DNA from: Octopus sinensis
Lineage: Eukaryota
NCBI RefSeq assembly: GCF_006345805.1
Contig: NC_042998.1
Span: 32,674,001-32,738,000 of the forward strand
Reading direction: 5' to 3'
Length of the DNA: 64,000 nt
Shown here: one piece after another, positions 1 to 11,125 of the stretch
How positions within the stretch are numbered: position 1 is the stretch's first letter
How the letters are laid out: every line of letters begins with the position of its first letter
The notes under the pieces: model-generated
What the model saw: the letters and a program-made list of their open reading frames with translations, nothing else
Databases searched by the model: none
What the model was told of the DNA's origin: nothing
Position numbers and translations under genes: made by a program

Positions 1-635
1 ATACTGCTTGTCAAGTGGTGTTGGGGGACCAACACAGACACAATGAAACACACACACACAAGATGAGCTTCTTTCAGTTTCTGTCTGTCAATCTACTCAC
101 AAGGTTTTGATCGACCCAAGGCTATAATAGAAGACACTTGCCCAAGGTACCACGCAATTGGACTGAACCCGGAACCAAGTGGTTGGGAAGCAAACTTCTT
201 ACCACACAGCCATTCCTGCATCTTTGCCACTGAAAGGTATGATGCTGTAGTTTCTGTCTGAGATAAAAGAAAAAAGTCCCTTCACAGCCATATATTAAAA
301 ATGCAATATATATCAAAGAGAGGCAAACATCATCCGAGCACAAGAATGTCCAGTGTGTTTTGGTTTCCTTGGGTACTGTAAATGATGTGTACCCTGTCAT
401 CACATATCTGGTTGGAAATTTGTCCCCTTTGACATTTTGTAATTATTGTGATATTGCAGAAAGCTTGTTGGGCTGAAATAAATTTTGTATATGCAATTGA
501 ATGAGCAAACCAAAGCATTATGCCTTTTATTGGCTACTTTAATTTAATGCTGTTTCAATAGCAAGTAGCAAACATCAATTTTATTTCAGCCCAGCAAGCT
601 ATCTGCAACATCAGTGAAGTTATCATTCATTCATT

Positions 636-1110
636 TATTTCTTTATTGCCCACAGGGGGCTAAACATAGAGGGGATAAACAAGGACAGACAAACGGATTA
701 AGTCGATTACATCGACCCCAGTGCATAACTAGCACTTATTTAATCGACCCTGAAAGGAAGAAAGGCAAAGTCGACCTCCTCAGAATTTGAACTCAGAATG
801 AAATACCGGCAGACGAAATACCTATTTCTTTATTACCCACAAGGGGCTAAACACAGAGGGGACAAACAAGGACAGACATAAGTATTAAGTCGATTACATC
901 GACCCCAGTGCGTAACTGGTACTTAATTTATCGACCTCGAAAGGATGAAAGGCAAAGTCGACCTCGGCGGAATTTGAACTCACAACGTAACGCAGACGAA
1001 ATACCGCTAAGCATTTCGCCCAGCGTGCTAACGTTTCTGCCAGCTACCGGCAGATGAAATACCACTAAGCATTTAACCTGGCGTGCTAATGTTTCTGCTA
1101 GCTCACCACC
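636..1110 (-). mobile_element. tRNA-derived SINE S2 (Meta-domain-like core), concatemeric copy
   Basis: A box TGGCAGAAACG, B box GAGTTCAAATTCC and core GTCGACTTTGCCTTTCATCCTTTCGAGGTCGATAAATTAAGTACCAG. Two units are joined at GGTATT. Confidence 0.75.
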
Positions 1111-2934
1111 TGAAATTATGATTCATTGTTCCTATATATATCTGAGGGGATAAATTTTGTCTAACCATGTAATGGTGGATACACATCATTAGCAATTCTT
1201 CAGGAGGCTGAAATGCATCTAACACTCTCGTAAGACACTACCATGGTGGTGTTTACCTTGCTTCTTATAGTTCTCTTTGAACATTTCAGAGACATTCAAA
1301 ACTCATATACACATAGTGTTCATTACAACATTTAATCAAATATATATTGTCCTGAAAAAAATAAATAAATATGCCCTTTTAAAGCCTAGCCAGGCTCATG
1401 GGCCCGGTTTCCTGGTTTCAATGGCATATGTGTTCCCCAGCTGGATGGGACACCAGTCCATCACAGCGTTACTCATTTTTGCCAGCTGAGTGGACTGGAG
1501 CAATGTGAAATGAAGTGTTTTGCTCAAGAACACAATGTGTCACCTGGTCCAAGAATCGAATCCACAATCTTACGATCATGGTGCTGACACCCTAACCACT
1601 AAGCCATGCGCTTCCACTATTGTCCTGAAACTTCACTAAAAATAAATAAGGGCTCTTTGTTGCAATAAAGAGTAGTCTGTTTTCAATGTGTAAATACACA
1701 CACACATACACACACGATACACACACACATACACATGCAAGTGCATGTAGATTGATGGTTCTGATGCTTCCAGGATTCTTGTAAAGCAAAACATCAAATA
1801 TATTTTATACAGATGTAATGACCAACAAAAGAATAAAATGAAATTAAATATGTTGGATGCATAATATAATGCCTGACAGAATGTTAAAAGATTTAGGATG
1901 GTTGCAGATTAAATGTTAAGGTTAAAAGACTTCCATTCGGTGATAGATGAGAAATAAATTTTTCAACTGACCACACAAAACAATAATGTACAAATCCTGT
2001 GTAGTCACAACATGAATGCCAGGCAGGCTTTACATGACAAAGGGGAAAAAACTAATCCTTTTAAAAATTTAGCAGTTTAATTCTACAAATAAAAACAGTG
2101 ACCAGGACTTAGTTCATTCAAAGTAGTTTGATGAGAGAACACTTTATATATGTAATACCTAGGAAGAATTCAGTACATGAGAGACTACATCATAAGTGAA
2201 GATTAAAGTTTTTGATGAGAGGATAAGGCCTGTTCAATGTAATACAAAAAATGGGAATCTTCGTTTAGCGTTTGCTTTCCATGCTAGTATGGGTTGGACG
2301 GTTCAACTGGGGTCTGGGAAGCCAGAAGGCTGCACCAAGCCCAGTCTGATCTGGCAATATTTCTACAGCTGGATGCCCTTCCTAATGCCAGAAATTAGTA
2401 TAAGAATTACTATAGGGAACAATCCATATGACATTTGGGAGTTGTATAAGATTTTGTGGTTATAATTCATCAACATCGTCATCATCATCATCGTTTAACA
2501 TCTGTTTTCCATGCTGGTATGGGTTGGATGGTTCAACTGGGGTCTATGAAGCCAGAAGGCTGCACCAGGCTCCAATCTGATCTGGCAATGTCTCTACTGC
2601 TGGATGCCCTTCCTAACGCCAACCATTCTGAGAGTGTAGTGGGTGCTTTTTACGTGCCACCAGCACAAGGAACCAGAGGAACTGGCATCAACCACAATTG
2701 GATGATGCTTTTTATGTGCCACCGGCACGGAAGCTAGTCATGGCAGCACTGGCATTGGCCATGTTTGGATGGTGCTTTTTACGTGCCACCGGCACAAGGG
2801 TCACAGCTACAATTTCCATTAGATTTGATTTTGATATCGCTGATGTTGATGTACTTGACTCTGGTTATACTCCGACAAGACCCAAAATATTTTAACTATT
2901 CTTTTTTTATGCAATTCCTAATCATATTCTTCAC

Positions 2935-3425
2935 TTAATCATCATCGTCATTTAATGCCAGCTTCCATGCTGACATGGGTTGGACAGTTTGACTAGGGAC
3001 TGGTGAGCCACAAGGCTGCACCAAGCTCAATCTGATCTGGCAAAGTTTCTACAGCTGGATGCCCTTCCTAATGCAATCCACTCTGAGAGTGTAGTGGGTG
3101 CTTTTTACATGCCACTGGCATGAGGGCCAGTCAGGCAGTTCTGGCAATGACCATGTTCAAAAGGTGTTTTTTATGTGCCACCTGCATGGGAGCCAGTCTG
3201 GCAGCACTGGTAACAACCACACTTGAATGTTGTTTTTTATGTGCCACCAGCACATGTGCTGATAAAGTGACGCTGGCAACGATCATGCTGGAATGGTGCT
3301 TTTTATGTGCCACCGGCACGGGAGCCAATCCGTGACCTTGGCAACAACCACACTTGGATGTGCTTTTAAGTGCCAATCAGATGGTACTGTCATCGGCCAT
3401 GCCAGTGATTTTGATTTGATTTAAT
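2935..3425 (-). mobile_element. S3 element with five ~66-bp internal units
   Basis: Unit starts at 3097, 3163, 3229, 3295 and ~3360. Other S3 copies lie at about 2255-2390, 2470-2880, 19190-19300, 25510-25920, 26345-26710, 27250-27690, 29820-30025, 30490-30630, 52975-53190, 53975-54312, 60560-60795 and 62410-62662. Confidence 0.75.
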
Positions 3426-4052
3426 TATAAGAATATAATTGGATGTTTTAAACATCAAATGTTTATGAGGGTCCACCTGAATAAAATAGGAGCTGAAAGG
3501 GTCCATAGGTAAAAAAAAAATGGTTGAGAGCCACTGGTGTACAAAATTAAAATTTGTCTGTCTACTTTCTAGAATATGTAAAATTCATACATTAGGAGTG
3601 GAGGAGATCATCTTTTTGGAGGAAAAAAATATATGACACTCTAACCAGAATAGAAATCCACAATTAAGGTCACACAAGGATTTGCAACAAACTCTGTCCT
3701 TGAAGGTGTTCTTTAGTTTCGTTTCACCACACCTAATCATATATATATGTATGTATATATGTATTTGTTGTTAGTGTCTTTGTTTGTCCACCCACCATCA
3801 CTTGACAACTGATGTTGGTGTGTTTACATCCCTGTCACTTAGCAGTTCGGCAAAAAGAGACCAATAGACTTAGTACTAGGCTTACAAAGAAGAATCCTGG
3901 GTCGATTTATTCGACTAAAGGTGGTGCTCCAGCAAGGCCACAGTCAAATGACTGAAACTAGTAAAAGAGTAACCAATTGCTGTAAACTACCGCTCACATT
4001 TGCCTCTCTCTGTGTATCGTTTGATTTCTCTCCTTGGTCTTAATGTCTGCCT

Positions 4053-4089
<37 letters not shown>

Positions 4090-4448
4090 TCTCTCTCTCT
4101 CTCTTTCTTTGTTCCTCTTTCTCTCTGATTATCTCTTTTGCATTCTCTTACCAAGAACTTGTCTTTCTCATTCAAACTTTTTGAAAAAACCGAAAACAAG
4201 TACAAAAACATTTAAAAAGTAGAATCAAAAAACATTGTTACATTCATATTTGAAAATAAATGTCATGCGCAACTGGTCAGCATGTTGATAAATAATAAAA
4301 CATGGCTTTATCTTTGTTCCTTTCATACTCATTGAATATAAGGCAGGCACACACACACAAACCACTCTTTCGCTCTTGCTCTCACATATTCACAAGTATA
4401 TATATATGTGTGTTTATATATATATATATATATATATGATATGATATA

Positions 4449-4482
<34 letters not shown>

Positions 4483-4865
4483 GACATGCACAGACACAAA
4501 TACACACACATTTTATTTGAATTAGCACATGTAAATAAATTTGCATGTTATTAAGGTAAGTGAATTATAATTTTTCCTAGAAATTGTAATTGTATTTAAT
4601 ATTTTTAAGTACTATTGTCTTTATGTCTCGTTCGTTAGCTTCTCCTCTCTCACTCTCTATTATAGACACCAGGCACGTGCCATCTGTAGTTACTCAGGGT
4701 AGGCAGTTGGTGACATTTATATTGTAAAACACACAAAAATCATAAGCGAAATACAGACATGCGACTGAGTTGGAGGCAGATTTACTTCTGCCTTTACAGC
4801 ACATAAAGAAAATGTAGTTGTAGGAATGCATGCAGCACATGTACTACAGCAGTATTATGCATAGC

Positions 4866-5075
4866 TTAAATACTGAGATTGAAAAGCAGGGACAAATTAT
4901 GCTTAACTAATCTATAAAAAAGTGAGATATCTTGCATTCTATACATAGTATCACTTCTTCTCTGAGTGATATTCATAATTTGCCATGACTGTCTCATCAT
5001 ATATACCTGTAACTTATCTACTTGAGCTTTATTGACTATCAAGGTTTCAGCCCCATACAACAAGGAAGAAAGCAC
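4866..5075 (-). pseudogene. RTE-clade LINE RT C-terminal fragment
   Basis: LSSLLYGAETLIVNKAQVDKLQVYMMRQSWQIMNITQ matches the RTE pattern LxxLLYGxETW......kL..F.mR.lR.I..I.W. Confidence 0.7.
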
Positions 5076-6914
5076 GATAATCTGTTATATCTTACTTCAC
5101 CAGCTAAGTAACATCAACTCAGAATGTAACGGCAGACGAAATACCTATTTCTTTACTACCCACAAGGGGCTAAACACAGAGAGGACAAACAAGGACAGAC
5201 AAACAGATTAAGCCCATTACATAGACCCCAGTGCATGACTGGTACTTAATTTATCGATCCCGAAAGGATGAAAAGCAAAGTCGACCTCGGCGGAATTTGA
5301 ACTCAGAACGTAACGGCAGACGAAATACGGCTATGCATTTCGCCCGGCATGCTAATGTTTCTTCCAGCTCACTGCCATTCTAAATACCACAAGGCATTTT
5401 GTCTGATGTCTTGATGATAGCCAATCCATGAGGTGACAAAAATTTTTCATCATGTAGAATTCCTTTTAAATTTGCCCTTAGTGTTCATCAACCAGTCTAT
5501 GTCTAAGGTTTCATAGCAATTATATAACTGCCCAAAGATTAAGTTGCAGAAATCATCGTCTTCCTTTAAGGTTCATGTGCTATGCTGACATGGGTTGGTT
5601 GTTTTGATGTGATGGGTTTGAGGACTGCATTGTGCTCTTGTGTCTGCTTTGGTATGGCTTCTATAGCTGGGTGCTTTTCCTAATGCCATTAACTTTAGAG
5701 CAGGTCCTTTTTTTTTTGCACCACAAGCACCAGTGGAGATGCCATGCAACTTGCAAGACTATGAATCTCGAGGGAGTGGGGGATTGGGTACATGTAAGGG
5801 GATGAATGGTTACAGTATGGGAAAATGTGAGGACAGAGTAATTTTTGTTGAAGAGGCACTGCATGGATGTCACATTTTGACAAGGGAGTAAGAATAACCA
5901 GTAGGGGCTGCAAAGAGATAAACAGTGGTGATGAAGTGCTTGGGTGGCCCCTTGGGATATGCAGCATGAAGTGAATAGGGATAGAGGAACTAGAGGGTGA
6001 GAGTTTGCAAGAGTTTAGGTGGAGCAAGAAATAGGGGAGCAGGTGATGAGAGAGGAGGTAAGGGACAACTGTAATAATTTGGTAAGATTGAAGTGGGGAA
6101 TGTAGGGAGTGATGGATAATGAGTGAGGGATAACCAGTGATGCAGCAGTTAGAGGAGTGTGGAGAAGCAGGAAGATAACGATGATGGTGCAGTTGAGAGG
6201 GAGAGAGCAAGAGCGAAATTCCACGGGGTGAAGAAGAGGAGAAGCGAGGGGCAGGCATTGTGCATGATGTAAAATAATTTGGTTCAGTGCTGGAAGGATG
6301 AATCCTTGTAATGTGTGGGTGGTGGAGAGAACAGGATAAAGAATGGCTAACAATTGAAATGGTTCCAGGTAGCAAGAATGAATAAGATGGCATCAAGGGA
6401 GAGCTGCAGTGGGAGAGAGATGATGGGTGGAGGGGGAGGATATGGAGAGGAGATTGTGTGAGGTGCTAATTTGTGTATGCATACACACACACACGCATAT
6501 GTATATACACACACACATGAATGCACGCACAATGATTTAACTATGGATAGAACTGTTTATCTATATTTCTGTATTAAAAAAAGTAATTCATGCTTATTTG
6601 ATTTTCATGTGGCCATTAAACAGTCATTGGAGGAATAAAAATAATCAAAAAAAAAAGAAACGATAACGTGAGTGAAAGTTGATTTGAAATGGATTTCTCT
6701 CAGAAGAATATTCAGTAAAACTGAGAAATGATGGATAAAATAAAGGCTCCAAAAAGAAAAATTTAAAGCCTTAGACAATAAGCTTTATGGAAGCATATAG
6801 AGAAAATAGAAAGCAAGAAAAAACAAAGTCTAACCCTCAGCATTCAGATAACTGTGTCAAGCGTAATGCTTATTCATTCACATTGTTTTTAATTAATCAA
6901 TTAATCATACATTA

Positions 6915-7102
6915 TCTCATAATACAGTTCTATATTTAAGAAAAGAGGAATTATGTACATTATTTACATTATTTACATTTGACGGATATTTGTCCTCATC
7001 TTGTTTGTTAACACAACGTTTCGGCTGATATACCCTCCAGCCTTCATCAGGTGTCTTGGGGAAATTTTGAACCTGGGTTCTTATTTCTAAGGTATTTTTC
7101 AA

Positions 7103-7143
<41 letters not shown>

Positions 7144-7212
7144 TCACTGCTTGGAATCGAATTCGGAATCTTAGGGTTAGTAGCCCGTGCTCTCAACCAC
7201 TACACCGCAGGC
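6915..7212 (-). mobile_element. Family A unit, full length
   Basis: Minus strand reads: head GGTGTAGTGGTTGAGAGCACGGGCTACTAACCCTAAGATTCCGAATTCGATTCCAAGCAGTGACC, (AAT)n, HHR and tail. Confidence 0.8.
7010..7055 (-). ncRNA. Minimal type-I hammerhead ribozyme motif (family A, intact)
   Basis: Minus strand GACAC-CTGATGA-A-GGCTG-gagggtatat-CAGCC-GAAAC-GTT-GTGTT. Stem I is GACAC/GTGTT, stem II is GGCTG/CAGCC, stem III is the palindrome AACGTT, and the predicted site is GUU (H17 at 7015). Confidence 0.8.
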
Positions 7213-7398
7213 ATACCAAACACTGTTGGCATTAAGAAGAACCCAAAATATACATTATTTACGTTATTTACAATTGACAGATATTTGTCATCTTCTTTGT
7301 TGTTAACATAACGTTTCAGCTGATATACCCTCCAGCCTTCATCAGGTATCTTGGGAAATTTTGAACCTGGGTTCTCATTCCTAAGGTATTTTTCGACG

Positions 7399-7447
<49 letters not shown>

Positions 7448-7515
7448 TATTCAGATCACTGCTTCGAATTGAACTCGGAATCTTGGGGTTAACAGTTCGT
7501 GCTCTTAACTACTAT
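7213..7515 (-). mobile_element. Family A unit, second tandem copy (HHR 7305-7350 slightly degenerate)
   Basis: Same modules as 6915-7212 in the same orientation. Its tail runs directly into the head of the adjacent copy. Confidence 0.75.
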
Positions 7516-8011
7516 GCCAATGATGTGGTTGTTTATTTTTAGATTGACATTGTAGGATAGGTATGAGAGGCCGGATCTGGCCAGTTTGAAAAGAAAACAG
7601 GTAGAATATTTAGGCTGGATCTGATTGGTTTAAAATGCTAATGAGTTAACCCTTTTCCATATATTTTATAGAAGCATTGCTGCTGATTAGAGCTTTCTAC
7701 CAGGATGTTTTATAATCTGAATTAACTTTGTATGGAGGAATAATCTAACTTTAGTTTATTTTAAAAAACCAAAGGTAAACTTAAGAAAGAATTTTTTTAA
7801 AAAACTTCCATATACTTCTATATAATATAAAGTTTAAATAAAAAAGAAAATATTTCTCTAGCTGTGTAGAATGTTGCTTCTGAGTTTGTTCTTCCTGAAG
7901 AAAGGAAAATAAATATGATATTTTAAATGAAAAGTAGATAGACAATTCTTTTTTCACATGGTAGTTAAGCTTCCACCTCATTAGGTGAACCGTATTTCTT
8001 GTAACAATGAG

Positions 8012-8067
<56 letters not shown>

Positions 8068-9977
8068 CAAGAGAGAGTAAGAGAGATCTTTCTGAATGGT
8101 TGGCTAGACTATTCTACCTAAGTATGGTGAGTGAACTGAGATCTTAAGAATAAATGTCTCCCGTCAAAAAAAAAAAAAAGGAAAAAAAAAAGAAAAAAAA
8201 ATGGCAACGAAATGGCTGGAATGGATTTATCAAACTGTCTTGTTGATGGTTAGTGTTAACATATTGAATGCAGTTAGAATTTTAACTGGAAATGATTATA
8301 TGATGAGCCAGAAACAATATTAGTCAATAGCTAATATTATTTCAATTATTTTGGCAAGTGCAAGAGACAAGTTCAGAACCTGTCTACCTTCATATTTGCA
8401 GAAGAAATGATGAAAGACTAAATAATTAATCAAGATTATACACTGGTTGTCATAAGAAAGCTAGAACTGTTTAGAGGAAAATATCTTAGGGTCACCATAT
8501 GCATAAAAGATAACAGCTAAGTTTGTGGTAACATATACAATGCAGGAAACATTAAGATGATATCCAGAAATAACGGGGGAGATTTTGAGTCGTTTGTTTT
8601 TACTCCAAAGTATAAAGGAAAACACATTCAAGCAAGTAAGAATTCTCTTTTACACGTGTCAGTCATTTGACTGTGGCCATGCTAGAGCACCGCCTTTAGT
8701 TGAAGAAATCGTCTCCAGGACTTATTCTTTGTAAGCCTAGTACTTATTCCATCATTCCCTTTTGCTGAACTGCTAAGTTTCATGGACATAAACACACCAA
8801 CATCAGTTGTCAAGGTATAGTGGGGGAACAAACACAGACACAAAAGCACACACACATAAACAATATTAATAATTATAATTATTAATATTGTTGTTGTTGT
8901 TATTATTATTATTATTATTATTAGTGTTGTTGTTGTTGTTGTTGTTATTGTTTAAGGTGGTGAGTGGTAGAATTATTAGCATGTAGGATAAAATGTTTAG
9001 CAGCATTTTGTGAATCTTTGCATTCTGAGTTCAAATTCTGCCAATGCTAACTTTACCTTTTAACATTTCTTGGTCGATAAAATAAATATGAACTGAGATC
9101 TGGAGTCAGTGGAATCAACTTACTCCTGCCCCAGAACTTGCTGGCCTTGTGCCAAAACTGAAAACCGTTGTTGTTGTTGTAGTTTTTTAATAATGTTTCT
9201 AAATCATAATCAAATTTTGACATTTTACAGTATTCGTGCAACAAATTACTCGAAATTCTTGTGGAGAATCATTAGCTCTGGGCAGATGACACTTGAACAC
9301 ATTAGCAGCAACAAATCAGAACAATAAAGAATAAAAAAAAACTAGTAAATAATTATTCTAAAAATATTTATTTATTGAAAAAAAAAAAAAACATCACAGA
9401 CTCAAAAATATCCCTCAAAGGAAAAAAATTTAACACGACAGTTTTCGAATGTTGGTAACACTAATTTGTTTAACGATATTGATTCCTGTTCCTATTAAAT
9501 GACTGACAAGAAAATATTTCACTTGGTGTGTCAGAACGTATCAGATTCTTCATCTACTATACAAAGCTATGATTCGTCTCTTTTTCTTTTTCTTAAGCCA
9601 TGCAACTGGACATGATTCATTCCTTGTCTATTATATGAAATTAAAAGGTGGCGAGCTGGCAGAAACATTAGCATGCCGGGTGAAATGCTTAGCGGTATTT
9701 CGTCTTTCATCTGCCGCTACGTTCTGAGCTCAAATTCCACCAAGGTCAACTTTGCTTTTCATCCTTTTGGGATCGATTAAATAAGTACCAGTTACGCACT
9801 GGGGTCAATGTAATCGACTTAATCCATTTGTCTGTCCTTGTTTGTCTCTTCTGTGTTTAGCCCCTTGTGGGTAGTAAAGAAATAGGTATTTTGTCTGTCT
9901 TTACATTCTGAGTTCAAATTCCACCGAGGTCGACCTTGCCTTCCATCCTTTTGGAGTCAATTAAATAAGTACCATAT

Positions 9978-10075
9978 TGTTAACATATCGTTTCAGCTGA
10001 TATACCCTACAGCCTTCATCAGGTGTCTTGGGGAAATTTTGAACCAGGGTTCTCGTTCCTAAGGTATTTTTCGAC

Positions 10076-10110
<35 letters not shown>

Positions 10111-10136
10111 CATCATTATTATTATTCAGGTCACTG

Positions 10137-10140
<4 letters not shown>
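9978..10140 (-). mobile_element. Family A 3' half (HHR 9982-10027 degenerate)
   Basis: HHR tail, (ATT)n and the last bases of the tRNA head (CAGGTCACTGCCTG). Confidence 0.75.
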
Positions 10141-10185
<45 letters not shown>

Positions 10186-10186
<1 letters not shown>

Positions 10187-10706
10187 TGGCTTCTGATCTT
10201 AACTGATTGGAAGTGTTATCATGTACATTGTTTTGTCTTGGTATAAAAGATGGGCTACAGCAAATATTTGCTCAATACCACAGATTTGCTTGTCAGTTGT
10301 TTGACCTTAACAGTTGAGCATATCCCTTAGTGGCTGACGATATGTGCATATCTGATCACGAGCAGAAGTAGTGGGGGAGCATCATAGCCATGTGTTGAGA
10401 GGGATTCTTTGGGGTTTGAATAATTCACCTCTGGAAACATGGGTTGTTTCATTCAACATCCTTAAACAACCCTTATTCAGGACCTTTTGAGCGGGATGGG
10501 TTACTCGATCTGAAGAAAATTCTAACTGGGCTCCACCTGCAAGGTCATGTGCTGTTTATCTTGATATAAGATCACCATGTCGCGCACATATGGTTGTGAT
10601 GCATGTGCTGGTGTACCCTTATCAGACGGGTAGTCATGATGGGTATACTGGGCTTCGTATATTTTACCCAGTGTCACTTTGATGGCATGCTCTGCTCGCT
10701 CACTCA
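10186..10706. repeat. Unclassified (AAT)n-associated interspersed repeat, second copy 45093-45520
   Basis: About 430 bp of near-identical sequence at both loci, each starting right after an (AAT)n array. Confidence 0.7.
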
Positions 10707-10849
10707 ATAATAATAATAATAATATAATAATAATAATAATGATAATAAAAAAAATGAACGAACTACTGATTTGGTTTAATGGCCTACTATGGTATACTAT
10801 GAGTTTCTTTGCCCTAGGAGTCAGGAAGACACTCGGCAAGAAATGGAAG

Positions 10850-10900
10850 CAAATTTGAAAGAAGAAAAAAAAAAGTAATAATAAAAATAATAATAATAAC

Positions 10901-10956
<56 letters not shown>

Positions 10957-10980
10957 TAACAATAATAATGACAACAACAA
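10850..10980. repeat. (AAT)n/(AAC)n microsatellite
   Basis: Direct reading. Similar arrays lie at 10075-10185, 10707-10745, 44450-44510, 44997-45092 and 61135-61270. Confidence 0.95.
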
Positions 10981-11125
10981 CAAGACACCTGATGAGGGCT
11001 GGAGGGTATATCAGCTGAAATGTTATGTTAACAACAAACAAGATGAGGACAAATATCTGTCAATTGTAAATAATGTAAATAATGTATATTTTGGGTTCAT
11101 CTTAATGCCAACAATGTTTGGTTTA
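10981..11125 (+). mobile_element. Family A tail (HHR 10984-11029 degenerate)
   Basis: GACAC-CTGATGA-G-GGCTG...CAGCT-GAAAT-GTT-ATGTT followed by the family tail. Confidence 0.75.

Noticed and set aside
3097-3400. Regularly spaced repeats suggestive of a CRISPR-like array
   Set aside because: The whole 66-bp unit is repeated (no unique spacers), it lies inside a SINE, and the context is eukaryotic.
5695-6396. 233-aa minus-strand ORF rich in S/P/H/L
   Set aside because: It is a purine/pyrimidine-skewed low-complexity tract with no recognisable motif, and overlapping frames are similarly open.
7140-7212. tRNA-like cloverleaf (also other SINE heads)
   Set aside because: It lacks a proper acceptor stem and continues into repeat body. 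These are SINE heads, not tRNA genes.
8200-8640. ATG-initiated MATKWLEW... and neighbouring frames
   Set aside because: Short, with multiple stops and no convincing motif or splice structure.
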